DNA of 64,000 nt. Origin: Setoptus koraiensis. Its lineage: Eukaryota > Animalia > Arthropoda. Below, in pieces: positions 1 through 14,167 of the stretch. The stretch's first letter is position 1, and every line of letters starts with the position of its first letter. The notes under the pieces were generated by a model. The model saw only the letters and a program-made list of their open reading frames with translations, made no database searches and had not been told where the DNA came from. Location: the NCBI GenBank assembly GCA_048013815.1, contig CM106586.1, forward strand, positions 7,502,001 to 7,566,000, in the 5' to 3' direction. The position numbers and the translations under genes were made by a program.

Positions 1-2070
1 AGTGGGCCCCACCGTTTCCGCCAGACTCGGCCCTTATCGTGCCGGTCAGCACGCGAGTTTGGCCGTCTGGCCGTAACGCTCAAATAGCCGCTACGTGACC
101 ACTGTTGCGCGTGCCTTTTTTAGTTGCGTTCGTCTGAGCGGGCTGGCCGGCCCGATTCACTGGCAATTCGCACGATGTGAATGCCGGTCTGCGCCGGGCG
201 CCCCTTTTGCTGCCCCAATGAGCGCTAGGGGGCCGCAGCTCACGGGCCAGCGCCCCGGCGACAATATTTGCTGATTGCTTTTCCTTGTCCGTGCAATTTT
301 CAGTTTTAGCTAGCTCCGCTTTTAGCTGGCTTCGGCTGGCTCTGGCTTTAACCCCGACGGGTTCCCGTTCAAATTTCCATTTTTTATCCGGCGCGACACG
401 GATGCTGTCTGTTTCGCGGGATTTTTCGGCGCCTCTTCACCGCTTTTCCTCGAAGCTGTTCGATGGCGCAGAAAAAAGCCCCAAAAAACCAGCCAAGAAC
501 CTGTCGGCCTGAAAACTTGCTGCTGCCACCAATTATGGTGCCAATGCGGGAATTTCGGCGGAAAATTCCGCCGAAAATTCCGAGCCTCCCCAATTTATCA
601 AATAAAATCTCTCGATAAATCGTTCGAAAACCCTCAAAAATGTGCTGCAAAGTCGCGCTTCCTACCCGTCCGCCCGCAAAGCCCGTGCAGGCACGGCCAG
701 GGGGACAAGACAGAGCTGCAGCGAGCACGCCGAGCGACCCCGAACGGGTTGCCGTTGTCAGTGTTTTGCTGAGAACGGTTTCTCAGCGATAAATAGAGGC
801 CTCAGGAGGTTTGGCGCGGACACTGAGCGAGCTCAAGAGCTCAAGAATGAAAAATGGGCGCCGATGCTACGACGATAGAAATGGCGAAATGACGACTCGA
901 CACAACGGTGGCGAGACGAGCCGAAAATCGAGCAAAACTGCCGGCCGGGCTCGGCTCCATCGGGCCGCATTGGGGGCGCCCCCCTCTTAATTTCAGCGTC
1001 TGAAAAGTCTTGCCCGCTCGACGCGCCGCAGTATGCAGGGGCCGGCGTGCGTAACTGTGGCTAACGACGCTCGCGAGTTGATGAGCATCTGATTATGACT
1101 GGATCGCTGGCTCGTCGCAACGCCAAATAAGCCTGCGATGCCCCCAAATTTTGAGGCCTGCGACGGCCTCAAAATTGGGGCCGGCTGGCTCGGCCAATTG
1201 GCCCGCAATTGGGGCCGCCTCGGGTAACTCGATCGTAAACTGGCTGTCGTAAATTTGTTGTCTGACTGACTCGGCTCATCGGAACAAAACCGTTAGCTGG
1301 CCGTCATTTTCTAATCATGTTAAGTTTGAGCCGAGGCGCCCCAACCGGGCAACTAGGTTAACTATGGTGGCAGCTGTTGCACCGACTGGCGCGCCTTCAC
1401 ATCAGGTGGTATTATGATAATAGTTTGCGGATCTGGCGGAACAAGCTGCAATAGAAGTGGCTCGTTGCGGCTGCCATTGCACTCTATTGCTCACTGTGCC
1501 CGATTGCAAACGGTACGTCGGGCCGGGCCGGGCCGGCCCGACCCGGCCGGTCGCACACAAACACAAATCGTTAGTGGTGGCAAGCTAGGTGCGCCATTAG
1601 CGGCGGTGCACATAGTCATCATCATCACCATAATGGTTCGTGACCATTTAGCTGATGACTGCGCTCATTAGCCACGGTTGCGCTGGCGCCCGATCCGGCC
1701 GCGGCACCCGTGACACCGGCGACATGAGCCTGTCGGCCGGCCGGCCGGCCGACAAACGGCAACGGCCCGGCCAGCCGACGGTCGGCCAGCCAACGGCAAC
1801 AGCGGCCCAATCGTATGCTAATGCCATGTCGCCGTCGCAATTAGAGCCGCGCCAATCCTCTGCACTCTCACTAATGCGGGCCCCATCTATGCGACCGCCT
1901 CGGGACCTCATTACGCCCACTATCGGGCACGATTAGTAGTCAGGTGTAATTAGGACGGTGGCACCGTGGACAGTGGCGTGGATATCCGCTCACGGGCCAC
2001 CCACATCATCGATTGGGCCAGCCGTCGAGATTGTTGCCGTCCACGTTAAAGGCCAGTGTGCGGCCTGGTT

Positions 2071-2140
2071 ATCCGGCGGAATCCGGCGGAATCCGGCAGG
2101 ATCCGGCAGGATCCGGCGACATCCGGCGACATCCGGCGAC
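2071..2140. repeat. 10-bp tandem repeat x7 (ATCCGGCGGA x2, ATCCGGCAGG x2, ATCCGGCGAC x3)
   Basis: Read directly from sequence. Confidence 0.95.
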
Positions 2141-5100
2141 ATTTGTGTGCGCGGTTCATGCATGAATATCCATAATGAGGATACCCATGCGAGCTGAACA
2201 CTGGCAAACGTAGCGCACTAATTTCAAGTGGCAAATGTCAACATTGAGCTCGACGGTAATCAGTTCAATAATTAATAAGTCCAATAGTAATTAACCCGAG
2301 CCTCTTGCTCATCACGATTCTGACGTTTTAATGCCTTGTAATTAGCTGCTGACAACATAGGAATATACAACATAGGCGCTTGTAGAGGGCGCGCGTGTGA
2401 ATAGGTAAGCCGGCCGATGGTCGGGGCATGATCTCAATTGGAGCCGCGATCCATCCATGGATTATCCATGATGGATGTCCGGACGTGTGCATGGAAATGG
2501 CCGCTGCACCCAAATCCGTCTGCAGACTCTGGATGTGCCAGACTCTGGCAGCTAGAGGCGTCCGTTCATGGATGAACATCCGACAGACCGCGGCATAATT
2601 TATATCGGCTCGCTAATGAGGTCGAGCCCGAGCACGGGGGTCAGTGCGATTTTGCGGGTCGCCCGATTGGCCGGTTGGGTAGGTCGGCAGCAGCCGGGGC
2701 AGCGGCAAGATTGAGTTTGTTACAGTTCAGTGTTGCGTGAATATCCAACACGGTGTGACAGTTGAATTGGCTGTCAGATATCAGCGTGACGGGTGACACA
2801 ATTCAACTGACAGCGCCATTGTCGTGTCGCCAAGCCAAAATGAATGTCATTTGATATTAGAAATGACAAACGGCGCTATGCGCCGTTTGGGGCCCCCACG
2901 ACGACAATGGCCGACACGATGAGCCCAATATAAAGTTGCATTAGGTATTATTGAAATTGTTGTGTGTCATTAATTGCGTGCGGCGGCCGGCGGCCGGCGA
3001 GGCAGCAATTGGCTCGTAGTTAACTCAACCGGAGCGACAAGCGACAATGTCGATGGAGACACCAACTAACTAGCAAACTGACAAACTGTGCCATTCGGCA
3101 TAATTTATTTCGGCATGGGCCCCACTGGCCCCACTGGCGACACTTGCCCGCTCGGGCCGGCACTGCAACCAATCCAGTTGGCAGCCGGTTGGGCCAGTTG
3201 TCAGCAGTTGTTGCAGTTGTTGCAGTTGTGCCACTGGCGTCACTTGCTGCAAACAAATGAGGCCCCCATCGCGCCATATGAATATATAATGCCCCAAAAT
3301 ACCTGTTCTGGCCCATTTTTAGTTTGGGGCCCGCGCTCGCTGGCGCCCAGTGACTCGCATAAGCATGAGCTCGCCGGCAGCTCGCTTGGCCGACCCATTA
3401 CATTAGCGGGTAGCTGCCAGATATGGCGCCATATATGCCGCGTACATGAGCCGCTGCTTATATGTGCTCATAAGAGGCCTGTGACATGTGTATGTGTGCG
3501 CGAGGGCCCCTCCTCGGGCCCATCCATCTGGCCGGGCCCGGTTCGGGCACCGCGCGCCACCCGAACCGGGCCCAGAGAGCGTCGTCTAGTATGCTAATGA
3601 GCCACTGTTGTTTTTATTGTGTGCGCCCTTATTATGCGCCCCTAGTTTGGCGGATCCGCCGCAGCGCCAGCCTCGGCGAGCCTCTCAGCCAGCTCTCTCC
3701 GGCGGGGCCAGCTTGCCAGGCAGCCAGCCGACCGGCCGGCGAGCTGCACAAACAACAACAAGATCGATTGTTTGTGGGGCGCGCGCGCGTTCAGTCGCAC
3801 TGGGGCCCCGTGCTCGTGTGCGTCTGTGCGCAAAGCTGTCGGCTCGCCGGGCCGACAAACTCGCCGAGCTGACAAACTCGCCGAGCTGGGCCGACAAACG
3901 CTGCTTGGCCCCTCCGCGCGAGTTGCCCGCTCGGCGGGCAGACCGGCGGACGGGCGGATTGGGCCAGATATTCATCTAGATATACTTTAATGACAGCTAG
4001 AATCACTCTCCAAGGACGACAAATGACGGCCGCTCTTGGGACTCCCAAGTTGGGAGACAATTCCAAAACCAATCCATTTGCTACTTTGTGCTACATTTGT
4101 CGTGTGTATCTGCGTTCGGTCGCTGCAACTGCGACCGTCGGCGCATAGGCGGCGAATAGGCGGCCGACGGGCAGCGGATAGGCGGCGGACGGGCGGTGAA
4201 TAAGCGCGGATAGGCGGCGGATAAGGAGGGGCCCACGAGAGACGATAACAGATTACAGATTACAAGTGGCATTATCATATTATTACTGCCATTACTCCAG
4301 ATGGCACCGCGCTCGTGGCCGACAATATTATCGCATGACAATACTATCCCGTTCGGGCTGCGCGGGGCCCGTGCCGTTGCCGCCGGCCAGTAAATAATTA
4401 TTTCGCAAAAGTCGCCTTGAAACTATTGCGCCGCCACCAGCGGCCCGCCAGTGATGACGCCCTTGATTCGATTCAATTCTTTGCGGGCCGAGCCATCGCC
4501 CGATCGGCGGGCCCCGGCCCGATGCGTAAGCCGTTGCACACGTATGGGGGCCGCACGCGCGCACCTAGGCATCTGGCTGTGTCTGGCCATATATGCCGGG
4601 CGACTCACGACAGCGCAAGGCCGGGCCGGTCTGTTGTCGGGCGCTCATTTGTCATCGGGGCGCGGGTGCTGGTGTGGCCACTGGACCGGTCGAGCGAGTG
4701 GAGCGGCGGGCTCAGTTGTTGTTGCCGTCGGCCCCGGCGCCACATTGAGCCGCCATTGTTCTAACAACAACAATATGCATGATATTTTCAGCCAGTCAGT
4801 GGGGCCCAGTAGGCGCCGGCGTCGCGCCGGTCGGTCGGCCGACCGACCGGCAAATTAGAACGGCCCATTGAGCATGCAACCAATCGGTGGGTCCGCTAAT
4901 GATCTCGCCGTTTATGTGATCGCCCGCGAGTGACTGCGGCCAGTCAATCAACGCGGGCATCCGTCGCGGGCCCCAAAACAGGCTTAATCTGGCCAATCTA
5001 GCGAGCCGTCTAACCAGACGGGACCAAACGCTGCTGCCGGCGCTGCATATTAGCAAATACACAAACAAACTCGGCCACTGGCTTAAATATTTATAACTCT

Positions 5101-6867
5101 TATGTGGCGCACCCGTCCGCAACCGGGCCTCACAACGGCATCCAAATAGGAATAATGATGCAATTTAATTCCGGCCGGTCCCAGTCAGGTCGGCCGATAG
5201 GCGGCCCCCCTGCGAGGTGCCACCTATCGCTCGAGCACTGTTTGCTCGACTATCATACATGGCAACATCATACATATAGCAATATCAGGCGGAGGTGCCG
5301 ATTCATGTCGCTAGTCGATATTGCCGGGCCGGTATTGTTGGGCCGGTATTGCTGGGCGGCCCAGCCTGGGCCGACGGGCGGGCCAGCTTGTCGTCGGCCC
5401 AATGAGCTGGCTAGCCCGACCGACCAACTGGCCAGTGGGCCGCCTATTTAATTATCACCGTGAGCTCGTGTTATCGCGGTGGGCCGCTCAATTTATTCAA
5501 TTATTTATCATACGTATTTATCATTGTACGTATGTTTGTCGCCACATTGAGGCGCACATTGTAGGAATGCCAAGAATGCGACTGCCACTGGTGCCCGTTG
5601 CGCCCCTAGCGTTCAACATTCAAACATCACCCGTAGAGTCAATGGCATTGGGGCCGCCGTTGGGCCGTTTGTCGGTGATGGGCGCGTTGCGAGCATAATT
5701 AAATTGAATATTTTGTAAATACTGGTGGCCGTCAGCGGTCACCTGTGCCTCGGTGTCCGTTGTTTGGTTGAGTGTCGCCACTGTTGAATTAGATCTGTCA
5801 TAGTTCGAAAGCGCCCCCTTTGTGTCGAGCAGCAGCGAACGGTTTGCAAGAGCATTGTGCAAATATTGTCAGAATAGGGGGGCCCGTTCATTACGCAACG
5901 CGGTGCAATTGTTACTTGGTGCAGTTGCACCGACAACAACTGAAGCGCCGAGTAACAATTGCAGCGGATATAATTCGACTGCAACTCGTTCTGTGCTGGT
6001 CGCTTGAAGCAGCCGAGCTGGCCGGTCGCCGGGCCGGGCCGAGGCCGGCCGGATGCGACCGATGATTGCGCATTGAGTCGCTGATGAGCTCGCAGCGGCT
6101 CATCAGCAACCCAACGCGCGTCGCCTGCCCCCGAGCTGAGAGCCCGGTTGGGGCCCCAAATTCACAACTTGTGAATCACGAGTGAGGCACTCACTTGTTA
6201 TCGGCGGCGTTTGCACAGTTTAACAGTGAACAAATGGCATGGGGGCGACGCACGCACTGCAAGCAGCCAAGCGGATGGGGTCCGTGCTAGCCGTCGGGGC
6301 CCCATTTCGGACCCCAGTGATTGGCAGCACGGGCCGGCGCTGGTTCCTACGCGGACAGGGGGTAACACTGTGCTTGCCGACAAGCGATGGCTGCTGCCGA
6401 TTGGTGACGAAAGGGCGAGCGCCCCCGCTCAGCCCGAATGCAAATGCGGCCAGCAGCCATGGCGTGCCGATAAAATTGCGCGCCGGGCCCCGACGGCGCT
6501 GCTGCCGCCGCCAGTTAGACGGCGAGCAGCGAAAGAGGGAGCCACTTGATTGCCGTCGCCGTTTTGAGGGTGCCCGACACACACGCAGTGCATTACGAAA
6601 GGACCCGCGTTGTAGTTTAACAAGCGGGATGAGCGAGAGCCCGTGCAGCCGCGTATTAAATGTGTCATGTATGTTGCACGTATGTGTATGCGGCTAGATG
6701 TCGCTGCTGGCCCCCAACTGGCGGCCATGGGGCCCGCCGTAATGATCATGTTGTGCGGCTTAAGTGGCACGTTATGCGCGCGGATAACGGTACACAGACA
6801 CACACAATATATAATAGCTATTACGACTGTCAAAAGTCGACTCGCTGCGGCCACTTCGCTCGTCGCT

Positions 6868-7023
6868 GGCTTGTGACTGGTCAGTGCGACGGTACCGCTC
6901 GGACGCGGCGGCGCCGCCGCGTCCGAGCGGCCAGATCTGAGATGGCCGCACATGAGCCGGTGCATCAAATCTGGCCCGTCGCGCCGGTCCGAGCGGTACC
7001 GCCGCACTGACCAGTCACAAGCC
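6868..7023. repeat. Inverted repeat with 37-bp arms (6868-6904 / 6987-7023, 1 mismatch), overlapping a perfect 36-bp palindrome (6895-6930)
   Basis: GGCTTGTGACTGGTCAGTGCGACGGTACCGCTCGGAC vs the reverse complement of GTCCGAGCGGTACCGCCGCACTGACCAGTCACAAGCC; CCGCTCGGACGCGGCGGCGCCGCCGCGTCCGAGCGG is self-complementary. Confidence 0.9.
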
Positions 7024-9442
7024 GAGCGGCCGGACAGGAGGCGCTCAGGGGCCGGCAGACAGCTGTCCATAGAGACGCAACCATTGTGCCGCTGTCATGT
7101 CTTTATGGCCAGCCGGCCCGCTAACTCGCTCCAAATGAGCTTTGCGACATCGCCGACGGGTCGCGTCGCGTTTGCGCTTGGCTAGCTCGCTGGCAGGCCG
7201 ATATATACATTTTTATATGTATCCGTGGCGCAACTGTGTTTTTGTTTTTTGTCCGCTCTCGGCCAACCCGCTGCCGACAGCGAGCGTCGGGCCGCGCGTC
7301 TGGGGCCCGTTCCGAGTCGCGCCAGAAGTGAGCTGGATAGAAGCGGACAGAGGACAGATGGTTTAAACTGGGCGCTCGCTCCCTCGCTTGGCCGCCAGCG
7401 GCGGCCCCGGGGCCCGCGGCCTGTCCGGTCAACTGAGCCGCCGTTAACGAGTCGCTGGCGACGGGTCGCCAGCGACCGACCCAATTTGAGACCCGACCGA
7501 GCTGAGGGCCCGACATTGGGCTCAATTGGGCCGAATTGGGCCAAATTGGGCCCCTCAATTCGAGCGCGCGCAATTTAATTTGCGCACACGGTGTCGCGGG
7601 CCGTGCGGCCAAAACATTGGCCGCGGTCACGACCGGCGCTGTCTCATGGAGCCCGCCGGCGTTTGCTACAGTGTGTTCAAGACACTGATGAGCGCCCCAT
7701 CACGCGCAGCCCGATGGCGCCCGTGAAGCGAGCATATTCTATATATAGCGCGTGTTTGGCATGTATCACTGGCGAGCATCTGGCCAGTCGGACGGATAAG
7801 CGCACACTATGAGAACACGAGGTATAATGGTGGCCATTTTGTCTTAATAAGGCGCAAGCTGCGCTGATGTATGGCCCGTCGGGCGGGCGGCCGGGCCGGG
7901 CCGGGGGGGGCGCATACATCATGGCATCGCGGCGCATGCATCGAGGCATCACGGCGCCGGGTATTAGCGGCCGGCGCTAATTGGGTAACAAGTGCGCGAC
8001 TGATTGAGAGATTATCCAGATGATGTTCGGGGGCGCAGTTGTCGCAATAATGCAGTTATGTCTTGTTTGACACAATGGCGCGCTTAGTGTCAGTCAGCGA
8101 GCCAAACCGGGGGCGCCAGCGGGGCCCAGCGGCCAGTTCAGCCAGTTCGCGCGGCGTTATGGGTGACAGGCGACAAGCGAGCGAAATGGTCGATCAGATC
8201 ATTGCGTAATACGTTCGTGTATGCAATCTGGGCCCCCTTTTGTGCGTCGCATGTAACTATTGTGAGGCTGGTGTACATGTTGGCGCGCACGACAGTGCCG
8301 GCCCCAATCCTCGTTTAATCCTCCTCATTGTTGGCTGTCTCGCCGCCGCCGCCGTTATCCGTTATTCCTTATCCGAGGCACGAGTGGCGCCCGCTGTCCG
8401 CTGCCCACTGGCACCGAGGCACGGTCGCTCTGGTGACCAGTGACTGGTGCAGAGTTGAACATTTGCAGCCCTCGGGTGACACTGTGCGGCCCGCCATTCG
8501 CACAGCGCAATCCAGTGCGGGCCGGCGCGGACCCCAGCCGAGTAATCTCTCAATCTTGGTTTGGCTGGCGCAGCTAGTCGATTTAGCGTCATAGTGGCAC
8601 ATTGACGGATTCCACTGTCGCTCTTACTCTGTTAGCTGGCTGGTAACTGCAGCAGTTGCGTAACTGCCCTGGCCCCCGATAAATACGCATACGCGCAAAC
8701 TGCTCACAAACTGCACGCCAAAAGACGCACACCAAAACAGACCGTTATTGTCGCCTAATGCAGTGGGCCCCGGCGTGCAAACGGAGCCCGCGTCGCAATG
8801 CCAATTAGACACACTAATGGGGCCTCGATTGTTTGTTAATGCGTTCATTTGTATTCCGAGCGGCCCCAGTGACGGGCGCGCCGGCAACAGAAACAAAAAC
8901 GGCCAGACCACAACACAAGCAACCATGCCAGCATCCACAAATATCCGGATAAATCTAGACCCGTCCAGACCCGTCCAGATATCCGGATAAATCCCACATC
9001 CACACGCTGTCTGTCTATGCGAGCTGGCCAACGGCCAGCCGCTCACCTTTTTCCCTCTCGCCATCTCACCCTTTCGGCCCGATCGCCAGCCATCGCTGAC
9101 AGACTCTCTCCGCTGGCCAGTGTATATTTTTTGTCACAATGGCGCGGCTAAATAACAATATTACACACATATACATGCCTGTCCCGGTTCTGGGCACAAC
9201 CCTGTGTGGGCACAACCGTCGGGGGCGCAACCGTCGCGGGCGCAATTGTCGCGAACCGTTGCAGTTTTCTTGTTTGCCGTGGCGCGCTTTATCCGATTAA
9301 AATGACCTTTTGTTTGCCTACGCGAGGCCGCGCTGCCACTGGCAAGCCCGACGCAATTATCACTGGCTGGCGCGCTGACACAAACTCAAATCCAGGTTTA
9401 GCAACACAAACAACGAGCCAGTTACAACGGTCAGTGTTTGTC

Positions 9443-9533
9443 TAGCCGCACGGCTGGGGCCAGTGTCTGGATAGCCGCACGGATGGGGCCAGTGTCTGGA
9501 TAGCCGCACGGATGGGGCCAGTGTCTGGATAGC
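9443..9533. repeat. 29-bp minisatellite x3 (TAGCCGCACGGATGGGGCCAGTGTCTGGA)
   Basis: Head-to-tail copies, no spacers. Confidence 0.95.
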
Positions 9534-10556
9534 GGGCGATAACCCGAGCGAGCGCGGCACCAAATGAACAACAAATGCGCCTTTAATCAAAGACTCCTTG
9601 CCCACTATTGACAGTGGCCGACGAGCGTCGGGGCCCCGCTTCGGTCGAGTCTATCTGTGCAGCCCATAAACTGCTGCCCATAAACAGTGGGCAACACACT
9701 CACTATGTACTGGCTATGTCGTCCACTGGATATTGTCCACTGGATATTGGATATTTAGTCGGCTGGATATAGACTCTGGCAGTGCAGTGAAAATCGATGC
9801 TTGTGCGCCATTATTGTTTGTTTGCCGGGCCCCAGTGTGAGGCTTGCACCGTGCAGCACGGCCGTTGCGACGGGCTTGTCACGGCCACTGTCACTGGCAG
9901 CCTCACCTGTGTGCCAACGATAACGGCCTAATCCGGTGCCACCGATATCGTATATGCGATTGCATGTTGCCATTACCACTATCGAAGCTGGCAACTTCAG
10001 TCAGCCACTGGGGCCCCGAGCCTCAGCACGAGCGAACGCTAACGAATGGACGGGCCAGCGCTCGTCATGGGCATGCCAGCTCAGCTGACTGGGCTGGCCT
10101 CATTTGAATGTGGCGCTCGGCGCGGGCCCCATCGCGAGCAGTGGCCCGGACGGGCTCTGCTCTCGTGCACAAACGGCCGACCGCTTCATCTGGGCCCCGG
10201 CACCTGGCCAGCGCTGACAGGGGCCGATGCGCGGCTGGCCCGTGCATCATTGAGCCGCATTGGTGGGGCCCGCAGAACGAGCCGCCAGAGGGCCAGACAA
10301 CGAACCTCCATGGGGCCAGAGAACGAGCCAGCAGAGAACGGGCCAGCAGAGGGCCAAACGAGGAAGCGCCAGAGAAGGGCCAGACACAATTGAGGGGCCC
10401 ATTGCTCACTGTCAGCGCGCCCCTGCGCGCTTGCCAGATAATCTTGCCTGTAAAATATTTATTCCGTCGCCAGGCATTGTCCGCACCGTGTCGCCACTAT
10501 GGCGGCGAACAGTGCGCCCCCCCCCCAGTTACCGCGACTACAATGCGACAAGCGCA

Positions 10557-10726
10557 GTGTGTGTGCGTGTGTGTGTGTGTGTGTGTGCGATACCGGTGCA
10601 CGAACAAGTGGCACCGAACAACTGTTTGCCACGTTGCGCCAGGCGCGTTCGTCCTTGGCGCCCGCTTCGAATTCGATCACACACACACACACGCACACAC
10701 GCGCACACACACACGCACACACACAC
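10557..10726. repeat. (TG)n microsatellite 10557-10587 and (CA)n microsatellite 10678-10726, in inverted orientation
   Basis: Read directly. Confidence 0.9.
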
Positions 10727-12265
10727 GATGAGGCGCTTCGAAGTGAGTGCGTGCGTCAACTGTTGGCCGACTGCGAAATCCGTTGGACACAATTGTCTAG
10801 CGGAATAATGGCGCGGCACACGCACACGCACAACAACGCGCGATGTTGTTTAATACTCAATCTTGCCCGCAATCAATTGCGACAGCAGCTCCGCCACGCG
10901 CACTCACACCGAAAAGAGATTAGCTCGACGGGCCGGCGCACGCACCGCGTGCGGGCACCTAGCGGGCGCCCGGCGACCGACCGACCGGACCGAGCAGCGA
11001 GTGCCGCCAACGCCACCCACTCACAGGCTGCAACTGGCGGCCTGCCACTCGGGCATCATTGTTTGTTAGGTGCCCACAACTTGCTAGGTGCCCACAGTTG
11101 CGCACTGTCTGTGCGGCTGCCGACGGGCCGGCCGCCACTGACCGATGGGCGTCGCCGGCCTGTCGGGCCGGCCGACTGGCTGGCCCGCTTTGGGCTCGCC
11201 GACGATTGGTGGCGCGCGCGCCGAGCCGATCGCTCAATTGTGTGTCGCAATATTGTGGGCATCATTGTTTGTGTCGGCCACTGGCTGCCCAGAGCTGCAC
11301 CGGACGGGGCGTGGCGCCGGGCACGTGTTGTGCGGAGCGCAGAGCGGGCCGGCACAAGCACGGGCCGCGCCGGGATGCCAGCGATTCGGTGGCGTGTGAG
11401 AGTCGCAAACAGTTAAGCACACATAAACGCACACAAACATGTATAAATATATATTTATATGTCTGTATATGTATACGAAATCGCTGGCAAGTGCCCGCTG
11501 GCGACACACACACACATACGCACGCACAATTGGCGCGTCGGACGGTGTCGCTATGCGCGCCGCCAATTGGCGACCGTCGGGCGCGCGAATTGTCGGCTGG
11601 GCGGTTCTGCTGGCCCGTGCGTTCTTCTCGGCGCGATTGCCACTCCGGCGAGCGGCGACGCCGGCGAGCAGCGGCGAATATCGGCAAATCGAGCAGCGAA
11701 CGGCCGAGGGGCCCCATTCCGCTGCTGGCGTGCGGCTGTGTCGCCAGCGGGCCGAGTGTGCACTCTAGCGAATCGCATCGATCTCGGCGAGGCTCGGCGA
11801 GTCGCCAGCAATTTTTGTTGCGTCGCATGGAAACACGCACACACACGCGCACGCGTCGCCCATCAACAAAGGGGCGCACGCGAACGCGTGCAATCCGAGC
11901 CAGCCAGCCAGATTTGCGATTTGGGCCCGCGAGCCCGCGAACTGCGAGTCGCGGGCCGCGAGTCGCATCGGGCCCACGAGGCTGTGCCGTTACGCAACCG
12001 TGGGGCCCCACGACGAGCAGCCAGCCTCGAGCAGCCAGCCAGCGAGCGCGCCGAGCAGCGAGAGGGGGAGAGAGCAAGCGGCCTGCAGGGGGCGCGCACA
12101 GGCAAGAGGCTATCGCTGGCTCTGTCGAACATTATATTTTCATCGTCGGCTCGCCATTTCGTCATTGGCTCGCGTCATTGTCGTGCAAACGCAAGGAATT
12201 TGGCCCCAGCGAGCGCATTCGGCACAAACACACTTACGCGCAACGTACAGCGACCAACATTTGAA

Positions 12266-12358
12266 CATAGCGACATCGCGACACAGCGACATCGCGACAC
12301 AGCGACATCGCGACACAGCGACATCGCGACACAGCGACATAGCGACATAGCGACATAA
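12266..12358. repeat. 8/16-bp tandem repeat (CGACATCGCGACACAG)n, followed by a (TAAAA)n tract at about 12395-12440
   Basis: Read directly. Confidence 0.9.
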
Positions 12359-14167
12359 CGGCATAGCGACGCACACACACACTCACAAACAAAACATAAA
12401 ATAAAATAAAACAAAATAAGATAAAATAAAATAAAATAAAGTCGGCTCGCCAGCGCCGCCCCCGTCTACGTGCGTACGTGCCAGCAGCCGCAGCTCTTGG
12501 CAATGTTGCAGGCCGAGCCGCGGGCCCCAGCGACACCAGCAACAACAGCGACACCAGCAACAACAGCGACAATAGCAGCATATTAGAAAGTGTATTAGCG
12601 ACTAAATTTTCTCAACAATTTGCCCATTGGCCCGGCCAGCACAACCAGTCTGTCCGGCCGGCCGTCTGTCTCGGCGTGTGGCGCGTCGCACGGGCCCCAC
12701 ATCGGTGCTTGCCACTGGCAAACACGTATGAATAACAATAATATATACTTGTGTGTAACGGCAACAATAGCATGAACAGCGTATGAATATTTGTCATTGT
12801 GTGCTCAACATTGTGTCGGCCCCAAAACATTGTGTTCGTTGCGCAACGGGCCCCAAAACAACAGCAGCAGCTCACAGCAAATCACAGTTTCGCAATTTGA
12901 ACAACGTAAAACAAACGTCGCACCAGTCAATTATATTATATCATTATTATTGCACACGCCAGCCAAATGATGGTCGCCGCCAGCGCCCAACAGTAGAGTT
13001 AATTTGCACAACACAACAATAGCACCAGTGGGTGTCGCTCAGGGCCCAGATTCCTATCTCTCTGGCTGTGTGTGTGTGTGTGTGTGTGTGTGTCTTGGGT
13101 GGCGGATAATAACGTCGAGCGTAGTTGATAATATCAAGACGGCCAGCCCGACAAGAGGGCGCCCAGCGGGCCAGCTAGCACTAGAGGCCGGCCATCAGGC
13201 GGCCCAGATAGGATCTGGCCGCGAACGGCGCAACGAGCCACGCCACAAACTGCCAGCAGCGGGGCCCCACAAGCCCCACTAGCCCCTGAAGAGCCCTAAG
13301 AGCTTTAACAAGCACGAAACGGCCAGAAATAGAAGAAAGAGCCCCCCGACGAGGCCCCCGAAAAACCCGAAATAGCCCGAGACAAGCGGCCAACAAGCCA
13401 ATTTAGCACACGGGCCGATATAATATTTGCGGGCAAACGGCAAGACACAACGACACAGCGCCAAAATGAACGTGCAAGTTGCACGCTGATTGAGCGTGTG
13501 TGTGTGCGTGTGTCAGTGTGTGTGTCAGTTATCGAGAAAATATCCAGCGATTGTGGCTTCGAGCGCGGGCCCCAACCCCGTCGAGCTCGGCCCGCCAATT
13601 GTTTACAATTGGCCATCGACAAATATTTGCCCATTGTTCATCGCAATCAATTCACGTTCACCAGTGTAAAAAACACAACAGCACAACTGCGAAACTGAAT
13701 GCTAGCAAGTGACCATTGACGGCGCCCCAAGCTCGCCCCAGTATCAGCACTATATCCACTATTATCCATATACTGTATCGCACACACACACACACACACA
13801 CACACGCACTCGTACAAGTGGCGAAACTGGCGCAATCAATCAAGTAATCAATCAAGCAATCAGCGGGCAACAGCAGAGTCCTCTCTGGGGCAAGTCACGC
13901 AAGCTTCCGTTGGCCCCTTTCGTCGGTTCATCTTGGCTTGGTGGTGTCATTTATTTTGCGGGGATATTCACAAGTAGCGACAACGGCAGCATCGCGAGCA
14001 CATACAAATAGATGATATAAGACAAATATATAAATATATGAATATATACAAACATATACACACAAAGGGACAAAATCTTTCAATTTGAATTGCCAAGCAA
14101 TCAGCGCTCGCAAGCAGCTTGGCGCGTGTAAGTAGGGCTGCACAGGGAGAATAGCTCGTGGAGAGAA

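Noticed and set aside
5620-5862. Minus-strand 80-aa ORF with protein-like T/N/D/Q composition
   Set aside because: Possible donors exist (5742 and near 5630), but there is no ATG, no convincing acceptor and no recognisable motif; it cannot be supported as an exon.
10499-12358. Long overlapping ORFs of 270-401 aa (10499-11416, 11059-12264, 11262-12077, 11459-12358)
   Set aside because: R/A/G/P-rich, open in several frames on both strands, cross microsatellites and show no domain motifs; expected from stop-poor GC-rich DNA.
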